Shown here: piece after piece, positions 57,701-64,000 of the stretch
Layout: every line of letters starts with the position of its first letter
How positions within the stretch are numbered: position 1 is the stretch's first letter
Source: Aureliella sp.
GTDB lineage: Bacteria; Planctomycetota; Planctomycetia; Pirellulales; Pirellulaceae
DNA: 64,000 nucleotides
NCBI GenBank assembly: GCA_963691875.1
Contig: OY829846.1
Location: 4,448,001-4,512,000, forward strand
Reading direction: 5' to 3'
The notes under the pieces: model-generated
The model's database searches: none
What the model saw: only the letters and a program-made list of their open reading frames with translations
Told to the model about the DNA's origin: nothing
Program-made: the position numbers and the translations under genes

Positions 57701-59605
57701 AACTTGCCAAGCCTGTTTTTTGATTTCGGGGTCGTCCGATGCTTCTAGGCGTTTTCGGGCCTCAGCAAGTTTTTGCTTGACGGCGTAGGTGTTCGATTCG
57801 CCGATTGGCTTGCTTGCTTCCAGCGTTGCCGAAAGTCTCGCTGCTTGAATAGCAGATGCGAAGGATCCATCGTCAAGCGATTCGCCAACTTGGGCAGCTC
57901 GAGTCATAAAGCCGGCACGCATCCAGCAATCTGTGCTTGCCTCTCGCAATTTCCTGTTCTCTGGATCCATGCTGATGCAGGTGTCCAGTGTCTCACCAGC
58001 CAAGTCAAAGAGTTGCTGAAGGGAGTAGACATTCGCGAGAAAACCTCCAACGTTGACACGCTGGGGATTTGATAGGGGAAGCTTGCTTTCAAAGCACCTC
58101 CTCAGGACGCCCGTGGCCTCCGGTAGACGCTTCTCAAGAATCAGAAGTCTGCCCTGAAGTACTTGGCTTTGCCAATCGGCAAGTTTCAGTTCGTTCCGCA
58201 GAGTCTCTCGTTGACTGGTCGTAAAGTTTGCACCTTCTGTACCATTAAGGCGGTTCATCTGGTTGCTAATCGTAGTGCTGTAGAGCTCGATGGTCTCGCG
58301 TGCGTCGGCCAAGGTGTCCTGCGAGCCAATATAAGTTTCAGCCAACATTCGTAGGAGCGTCCTGCTTTCACTGATGGCTGCCAAACCCTTTTTGAGTGTC
58401 TCGATTGCTGGTTTAGTATCTTCTTGTTGCAGCTGAGTTTCTGTGAGAAGTCCATAGGTGCTTTCTCGAAGTTGCCTTGGGACTTGGCTGCCATCAAGAT
58501 CTACCAGCTGGGCAAGGATATCTCTGGCAGCTGTATAGTCATTGTTCTGAATCTTTTGGTAGCCGTCTGTGAGTACTAACTGCCAGCTCCAGTAGAGTTC
58601 GAACTGAGTTAGCGGACCGTCGGTCGGCAGAAGGGAATTGTCTTTCTCGTCTTCCTGCTGTTCTTCAAGTTGTTCCGTTATTGCTTCGACACGAGCGAGT
58701 GCCCTAGGGGTGGCTTCCTTGAGTAAAGCCTCAGCCCTGGCTTTATTACGATCCAAGTAGTAAGCAATCGCCGCATACTGAGCTTCGGAATTCTCAATGT
58801 ACTCCGAAAGCATGTTAGCAGTCTGACTTGCTATTTTTTCAAGGCGACTTCTGTCCGCTTGGCCATCTGGTGAATCGAACCATTCTGGATTGTCCAGGCA
58901 AATGCTTGTTAGGAGTCGACCTACCATCGCATCGTCACGATTGGCCTCGTAAGCTGCGAGGAGGACATCACCAGTTGTTTGGTTGGCCTGCCAGTTCCAG
59001 AAGTCCTCTCGTTTATCAAATTTCCCAGGGTTTCGAATTTGGTATACGCTTGCACGTCTTTGTGCTGCAAGGCTCTTGGCTAGCCAGATCATCGCTTCTG
59101 AATCATTGGGTTCTGGATCTAGAAGGATTATTTGGCGTTCGGCCTCACTTGCCCAAATACCTCCGAGGAGAACGAGGCGTTGAATCAGCCTACGACGGAG
59201 TTCGTCACGTTTCTTGTTGTCTTCAACCGAATTGCCAAGAGTTCCAATGGCAGATGAAAGATACTTTCGAGCTCTGAGAAGACTTGGCCCGTCCTTGACT
59301 TGGTCATCCAGCGAAACAGCGAATTCGTACATGGCTTCGGTATTGCTGGGCACAAGGGCCACATAGCGTTTTAGCCATTTGGCGTGCTCCTTGTAATCGC
59401 CCGCCTCTTTGGCCTCTTTCGCTTTGGTGAGCATGCTGGCAGCGATGCGTTCAGACTGTAGCCAATAGCTCACTCCACCGATCGAGGAGACGACGATGAT
59501 TGAGACAACGGCGATAGTCAGCAGCTTCATATTCCACTCCCAGGTGACACGACGGTCGGGGCGTGGATTGACAGCCTGAGAGCTGGGGCTAATTGTGGGA
59601 CCCAT
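54734..59605 (-). CDS. very large membrane-anchored tetratricopeptide repeat protein
   Basis: 1623 aa with an N-terminal TM helix and helical TPR-like repeats throughout (e.g. VLNNLAIAL, LIDTKG.V....G...EA...F). Confidence 0.85.
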   Translation of the reverse strand: MGPTISPSSQAVNPRPDRRVTWEWNMKLLTIAVVSIIVVSSIGGVSYWLQSERIAASMLTKAKEAKEAGDYKEHAKWLKRYVALVPSNTEAMYEFAVSLDDQVKDGPSLLRARKYLSSAIGTLGNSVEDNKKRDELRRRLIQRLVLLGGIWASEAERQIILLDPEPNDSEAMIWLAKSLAAQRRASVYQIRNPGKFDKREDFWNWQANQTTGDVLLAAYEANRDDAMVGRLLTSICLDNPEWFDSPDGQADRSRLEKIASQTANMLSEYIENSEAQYAAIAYYLDRNKARAEALLKEATPRALARVEAITEQLEEQQEDEKDNSLLPTDGPLTQFELYWSWQLVLTDGYQKIQNNDYTAARDILAQLVDLDGSQVPRQLRESTYGLLTETQLQQEDTKPAIETLKKGLAAISESRTLLRMLAETYIGSQDTLADARETIELYSTTISNQMNRLNGTEGANFTTSQRETLRNELKLADWQSQVLQGRLLILEKRLPEATGVLRRCFESKLPLSNPQRVNVGGFLANVYSLQQLFDLAGETLDTCISMDPENRKLREASTDCWMRAGFMTRAAQVGESLDDGSFASAIQAARLSATLEASKPIGESNTYAVKQKLAEARKRLEASDDPEIKKQAWQVAMFEALMPNYERQVRRREKQQGAPSEEETAQAIAEKARMSATLKELGEQYPDSADLQSRLVSIFSQERDFETAKVALDRLEKLPEDTAANLTLVKVLSNARYQAAQQDIDAAINFIREGMESADRDEALILAQSGANLAIQSKRGLDAFELLNAVPEAEDGRPSVKLLVQIATLATALQADSNYPDFEFDFEGCIKELKDIEGEEGSHWRFVEIQQLLAKADRAAAENKNPGKILEQAADSLRTVLISRPRWGLAAALGGDVSRRQGFSREAIRYYNRAIRNGDQSIRTRLKLAEVFLSTGKTEEAEQLIQQMAGVSEDVIALDSLSASLAERQGDYLEALRYAELSAAKRKGDTGPLLVISRLNNLMAAQTPDKNLEAEYRAAAKKALDEAEKLVNATNSSRRWLMVKSRRLAAHFANDDRAAIEAEIDQIISSDKAPIEERLLMAGKTYFGLGEFAETQKCVDRLLQLDRKNAEAYLLLYRLHMRLGDNEKAIGALRSANRAYPDNTVIAENLALTLAINSEDEAPWEEIDRLLTRDEATSTTQTKLLRAQIALIKGNAARQKEAATELTKLSERTDAAGVNAKRLLARHFASLWQRDALDVKSPKTIEYFQRSSSIQQEILRSPEATPDDYAKYAQLLTAAGFARYQKDQEREANDLVEKAERVIRALEEQSGSSMASLRLEIRLNQLKAELEGNPEMAAELAAKAAKKWIDNIGELESFGEQKVWAIAGKTLVDMGFATQSLVWLERIYQADPSQYKLLVIGLTQAKKYDRALALCTENYARKPDAGVAALISEIALLDHKRELPQGAQDILDNALKVHPNTPLLYESLATLELMRKNYDRAIELYEAAIRSLEDKNSIRVLNNLAIALSRSRTRKPEALRKINHAIDNFGRNPELIDTKGSVHQALGQFKEAEKAFEEATLLSNNPTFRIHLVNVQLESDDLAGARKNWNKIPHGRLKRMSMTEDDIELYETLKKKLEAKGSK

Positions 59606-59703
59606 AACTAGTACGGTACTTCCGCAGGTGTTCTTTGGTGTGAAGAGAGCAGGGCAGACTCTATCAAGAGTCGTTCAGAAAATAGGGCAGGAGAGTACGT
59701 GGG

Positions 59704-61836
59704 CTAGGCGGACTGAGCGTCGAGTTGATAACGGTAGTGGCCATAGCGATAAGCGTATTCGCGGAAGGGGACTCCGCTAAATACAGTGCCAATGACATTC
59801 GAACCAGATGCTTCTAGTCGACGGTGAGTTCTCAAAACGTGGTCTGTGCGGCTGACATCTCGCATCGCGCAAAGGAGCGTAGCATCGGCAGCTGCAGTGA
59901 CCGCCAGTGATTCTGCAGCTGGCAAAATTGGAGCTGTGTCAACCATGATGTATTGGTATCGTTCCTTTAGTTCCTCGAACAAATCATGCATCGTGTTCTT
60001 AGTCAGAAGGTGGTGTGGGTTGAGATCAAGGCGACCAGCGGGTATCACATGCACCAAATCACCGAGGCTCTTGTCGATTGATTGGTCGAGCGAGCTGCGG
60101 TTACTGAGCAGTTTGACCAAGCCTGGCTCGTAATCCAATCCAAGAAGTTCGTGCTGATCGGGACTTCGGAGGTCTGCATCTACTAGGAGAACCGTTTCGC
60201 CCGTCGACTTGGCCAGCGAGATGGCGAGTTGTGAGGCAACACTACTCTTACCCTCGGATGGCATCGCGCTAGTGACTACAATGGTCCGGACCTGCTCGAT
60301 CTGGAACAGTAAGTTGGCTCGGAGTGCGTCGATGCTTTCCTCAAAGAGCTGGTGGCGTCTGCCTACTTCAGCACCCCCTGGGATTTTGGCAATTTCACCC
60401 ATGATCGGGGCGAGGCTCGCCGCTTCCATGGCTTCCGCAGTCGTTAGTCGCTTGTAGCGAAACTCAAGCAGTATGGCGAAAGCAAATGGAAGCATGAACA
60501 AGGCCCCAGATGCAAGCATGATCATCTTCCAGGGAATCTCCTCATTGGGGAATGATGGAGCGGTCGCTTCGGCGAGTGTTCGGATACTCGCGCCACGACC
60601 TTGCTCCGCATCAATCATATTGCTTCGGTTTTGTAGCTGGCTGAGAATTTCCGCCGACTGTGCATACTCTTCCTTCGCAAAGAAGATGTTAGCTGTTTCG
60701 CCTGATAGGCTTTCAATTCGTCCCTTCTCTTCGTCATAATCCTTTTCGTACGCAGCCTTGCGAGACTGGATGCTAAACAGCTCCATCTCGACCCGTTGAC
60801 GTTCTGATCTGGACGAAGCTTGGGAGCTTTTTGCCATGGAGTTCAAGTAGCTTTTGCGTCCGGCCTCTTCTGCCAAAGCTTGAGCTCGAGATTCTTTTTC
60901 TTTCGCGTCTCGCAGTTTGCTTTGGAGTCTTTCGACCTGCTGATCTAAGTTGAGGTTGGTATTGCTCAGCTCATACTGCCGAATCTTTGCTTGAATCTGA
61001 GTTACCTCGGTCCGGGCCTCTCTCACTGCTGGATCGGAATCGACGTAAGGGCGAATTAGAAGAGGATCAATCTCTATCTCTTCCTCTTGTTCGCTAGGCC
61101 CACTTTCGTTTAATGCCTTTAGCCTCGATTGAGCAACAATCTCCTCTGCGCCAAGTTCAGCTAGCTGTACTCGCAGTACAGCAAGCCTTGAAGAGTCCGA
61201 CTCCACTGCACTGTTAGGTTTGAAGGGGTCATAACCCTGAGCCTCCTTCGTTAGTTCACTAAGTTCTTGCCGCTTGTTCTCTACATTCAGCTTCCAGATA
61301 CGTATTGGCTCGTTGAGCCATTCTTTGATTTCGTTCATTCGCTGGTCATCTCTTTCCGAGCGGATGCGAAGGTATTGCTCCACGATTGCATTACAAATCC
61401 TAGCAGCATACTCGGCGTCTGAATCTTCATATGAAACGGTAAGCAATTCGGTGGAACCGCCATTACCGATATTGATACGTTTGCGGAGTTCACGTTCTAG
61501 GGTGAGGGGATTCGAAAGGCTTGGGGCTCCTCGCAGTTCGCGAAGCTCTAAGACAGGGTTTAGAACTGACGCGTGGGTGATCAGGTTCTTTTCTGACTTG
61601 GCTAGATCGCGAGATTGCTCATGCATCCTTGAATCCAACACAAAGTCACGGTTGGCTCTCAGAAAATGAGTTGCGACGTAGGTTGGTTCAAATGTGGCTT
61701 GTACGCCCAGCGCACCGAGTGCTGCGAGGACTAGTCCAACCGGGATTACCCAGCCCCAGTGTCGGCGGAATGCGATCCAGAGAATCCAGGGATCAAAGGC
61801 AACGTTATCTTGTTTTGTTTTCGCTTGCTGATTCAT
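59704..61836 (-). CDS. wzc: polysaccharide co-polymerase / tyrosine autokinase (Wzc-like)
   Basis: Two TM helices flank a coiled coil. Walker A SAMPSEGKS, LLVDADLRSP, VDTAPIL, and a C-terminal Tyr cluster EYAYRYGHYRY. Confidence 0.92.
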   Translation of the reverse strand: MNQQAKTKQDNVAFDPWILWIAFRRHWGWVIPVGLVLAALGALGVQATFEPTYVATHFLRANRDFVLDSRMHEQSRDLAKSEKNLITHASVLNPVLELRELRGAPSLSNPLTLERELRKRINIGNGGSTELLTVSYEDSDAEYAARICNAIVEQYLRIRSERDDQRMNEIKEWLNEPIRIWKLNVENKRQELSELTKEAQGYDPFKPNSAVESDSSRLAVLRVQLAELGAEEIVAQSRLKALNESGPSEQEEEIEIDPLLIRPYVDSDPAVREARTEVTQIQAKIRQYELSNTNLNLDQQVERLQSKLRDAKEKESRAQALAEEAGRKSYLNSMAKSSQASSRSERQRVEMELFSIQSRKAAYEKDYDEEKGRIESLSGETANIFFAKEEYAQSAEILSQLQNRSNMIDAEQGRGASIRTLAEATAPSFPNEEIPWKMIMLASGALFMLPFAFAILLEFRYKRLTTAEAMEAASLAPIMGEIAKIPGGAEVGRRHQLFEESIDALRANLLFQIEQVRTIVVTSAMPSEGKSSVASQLAISLAKSTGETVLLVDADLRSPDQHELLGLDYEPGLVKLLSNRSSLDQSIDKSLGDLVHVIPAGRLDLNPHHLLTKNTMHDLFEELKERYQYIMVDTAPILPAAESLAVTAAADATLLCAMRDVSRTDHVLRTHRRLEASGSNVIGTVFSGVPFREYAYRYGHYRYQLDAQSA

Positions 61837-61926
61837 TTAATTAGGTGAGTTTCTTGGGCGTTCAGACTCGATGGATGAAATTCTCACCCTAGCCATTGAT
61901 TGAAAAAAAACAACAACTTGACTTCC

Positions 61927-62958
61927 CTAGCTGCTTGCAGAGGTATTCGCCATCCCCCGCTCAGAGGGCGGGATGCGCTTTTGATGACTCGAGGATAAGG
62001 ATGGTTTACTCAGTTCGTTAATTGCGATCGGCAGCGGCCGATACAGGTACTCCCAGAAGCTTTTCGTTGCGAACAGCAACGACGCGCCTAGAACAATCAT
62101 CATTAGTCCTAGAAAATCGTGGATCGTGTGCGCGATCGCATCTGAAAACCAGTAGTAGGCAAGGCCCGTGCCAGCGACGCGGAAAATGTTGACAACAATT
62201 GCCAACGGAAATGCGGCCAGCATGACAACGACCCGATCAATCCACAAACGGTTGCTCAGAGCAGCGAAAAAGAAGCCCAAAGCCCCCATCCCCATAAAGA
62301 TGCGAAGGCCAGAGCATGCCTCTTCTACCATCAGCTGACGGTCGTTGATCCAGATCGTGTTACCTTCTGGAATTGCGGCGATGCCAAAAATCCTCAAAAG
62401 ACCTGAACTGGCAGCTGTCGCAACACCTTGAAGCTTGAAGCTCAAAAGAGACTCAAAGCGGTAGGGCATTGGGACTAAAAGAAGCAGGAACAGAATCGCT
62501 GGGGAGGCCCATATAAGCGCACTAGTACCGGTGAAGATCCAAACAAGGCCAGCGACCCAAGGCACGAGACTCCAGCCATCCAAAAAATCCATGTAGGCGA
62601 ATCGCCCCACAATCCGCATGGCAAGAGCTGCAGCCATCAGCCCAAAGCCTGCGTAGTGGATCTTGCTCCCAAACTGGGGCAGTTTGTCTGAGCGGAAATA
62701 AAGTAGAACCAGAGCAAGCGGGAAAACAAGATAACCGTGTGAGTAATCAGGTTCCGTTCGCCACTGCTCCTCCATCCAAATGAATGTCGGCCAGTATGCC
62801 CAGATAGTCGTTACAAACAGAACACTAGCGAGGATAGCTAACTGTCGCGGTGAGGCAATCGGCTCAGCGGCGACAGTAGGAGTAGCAGCTAAAATTCCGT
62901 CGCTGCGAGTCGCGGCCTTGGTCAGACGAGCTAGCTTCTTTTTCTTCTTCTTACTCAC
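61927..62958 (-). CDS. exosortase (EpsH/Xrt family)
   Basis: W...PDYSHG.LV, catalytic Cys in VEEACSGLR, Arg in NIFRV, His in IHDFLG. Multi-TM. Confidence 0.95.
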   Translation of the reverse strand: MSKKKKKKLARLTKAATRSDGILAATPTVAAEPIASPRQLAILASVLFVTTIWAYWPTFIWMEEQWRTEPDYSHGYLVFPLALVLLYFRSDKLPQFGSKIHYAGFGLMAAALAMRIVGRFAYMDFLDGWSLVPWVAGLVWIFTGTSALIWASPAILFLLLLVPMPYRFESLLSFKLQGVATAASSGLLRIFGIAAIPEGNTIWINDRQLMVEEACSGLRIFMGMGALGFFFAALSNRLWIDRVVVMLAAFPLAIVVNIFRVAGTGLAYYWFSDAIAHTIHDFLGLMMIVLGASLLFATKSFWEYLYRPLPIAINELSKPSLSSSHQKRIPPSERGMANTSASS

Positions 62959-63001
62959 GAATACTTACCGTTGTGTAGCTCGTTAGAGGGGTTTTGCGGG
63001 G

Positions 63002-63021
63002 GCACTTCGTTCTTGTGGGTG
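63002..63021 (-). promoter_or_regulatory. 20-bp conserved leader element, copy 2 (CACCCACAAGAACGAAGTGC)
   Basis: Exact match to 51771-51790. Lies between the predicted promoter and the exosortase start codon. Confidence 0.7.
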
Positions 63022-63051
63022 GGTACCCAGTGGTTCGAATGCTGGAATTCG

Positions 63052-63079
63052 ATTCTATTTTGAAACGATAGTGGGTCAA
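63052..63079 (-). promoter_or_regulatory. putative sigma70 promoter of the exosortase operon
   Basis: Minus strand TTGACC-N16-TAGAAT (63079-63074; 63057-63052), about 95 nt upstream of the start codon. Confidence 0.55.
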
Positions 63080-63399
63080 TACTTTGCGTTCCCACATGCC
63101 AAACCTCGTGAGTAAAGGCGCTTTTCGGTATCGTGTTGACCGAAGAAAATCCCGAGAATCGGGAAGTTTTCTAGCTCCCGTTCATCTGGGCGAGCCTTTA
63201 TATCCTTTTCGGTGGTTTTCATTCCCGACTTGTTCGTGATTACTGCGCGTAACTTCACTCTGCAAGAATGCGGTGGTATGAACAATATCGTAGTTACCCC
63301 ATGTGGGAGGCATTCGATTCGTTGCTCAAGTTTGTTCTGAAACTTTGCGAAAGGATCTCCAACGTGCAGAATCAATATAATTCGATCTCTCTAAACGAG

Positions 63400-64000
63400 C
63401 GTCTTTGTCTGTCGATTGTCCTTTTGTACTTTTGGGTTTTTGCCCAAAAAGGAAGAGCACACGACATTTTGCTGGAAGGAAGTCGAGTCGCAAGTGTCAG
63501 CCAAGTAGCGTTTACGGAAAGTCAAAATTGGAACGCTAAAGCTAACTGCTTCTTCGCGGATGTGGCGAGCAATCGCATTGTTTGGCGTGATACCGCCAGC
63601 AAAATGCGGAGTCATAGAACTCCTTCAGGGCGTGCCAATGGGTTGGTTTTTGATTTGGAGGGAAGGCTCCCCGCTTGTGAGGGAGCTAAAGAGGGCGGCA
63701 ATCGCCGAGTGACACGAACGGAACTCGACGGCTCCACTAGCGTCCTGGTTGATCTCTTCGAAGATAAGCGATTCAACTCGCCGAACGATATCACGGTGGA
63801 TTCCCAGGGTGTTATCTTTCTCACCGGTCCTCGGTCTGGCGATCGCAGTGACATGGAGCTGTTTAACGAGAGCGGAAATGCGATCGAAAGCGCCTATTGC
63901 ATTGCGCTATATATATATAGAAGTGACTCGAATTTTGACCCATGAGGTCGAGCGTCCCAACGGCTTGGCGATTTCTCCGGACTACAAATTCCTTTTCATC
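63400..64000 (+). pseudogene. SMP-30/gluconolactonase family gene, frameshifted at (TA)6 and running off the window (start approximate)
   Basis: PSGRANGL.FD.EGRL.ACEG...GNRRVTRTE.DG and FNSPND. After (TA)6 at 63908-63919, another frame gives EVTRILTHEVERPNGLAISPD. The usual EGP and DPRYG motifs appear as ESQ and GPRSG. Confidence 0.75.

Noticed and set aside
59624..59642. Possible third copy of the 20-bp leader element upstream of the TPR gene (CACACCAAAGAACACCTGC)
   Set aside because: Only 10 of the first 13 bases match and the 3' half diverges, so it could be chance.
63076..63399. ORF 63076..63375(-) and the N-terminal part of ORF 63268(+)
   Set aside because: No recognisable family. They overlap each other, and the minus-strand ORF runs into the predicted promoter.
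1..64000. tRNA, rRNA, integrase or transposase marking island borders
   Set aside because: None was recognisable by eye or in the ORF track.

Overview
A roughly 62-kb cell-surface and secondary-metabolite island, probably from a planctomycete (Pirellulaceae-like; inferred from protein style, not proven). Most genes lie on the minus strand and form a PEP-CTERM/exosortase-associated exopolysaccharide (EPS) locus: exosortase, Wzc, a giant TPR protein, EpsI, a priming sugar transferase, an XrtA-type deacetylase, Wzx, two O-antigen-ligase/Wzy-like proteins, about 9 glycosyltransferases, an AlgD-like dehydrogenase, a sulfotransferase with CysQ, a heparinase II/III-like protein, several methyltransferases and a PEP-CTERM protein. 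Three things stand out. (1) A 3160-aa single-module cis-AT PKS sits inside the EPS operon, with architecture MaoC-DH/SDR/FkbH/ACP/KS/AT/KR/ACP/ACP/GNAT; I infer it makes a short polyhydroxy acyl group and transfers it to a glycan amine. (2) A split OxzAB-like pathway (FeeM-type N-acyl amino acid synthase, nitroreductase-ThiF fusion, SAM methyltransferase, nearby RND pump) could make stieleriacine-like or oxazolone compounds. (3) An exact 20-bp element, CACCCACAAGAACGAAGTGC, lies upstream of both long EPS operons and is a candidate ops/JUMPstart-like antitermination signal. Four decayed genes are also present: a Ser/Thr kinase, a SufS-like desulfurase, a methyltransferase and a gluconolactonase. 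All calls come from motif reading only; no database searches were run.
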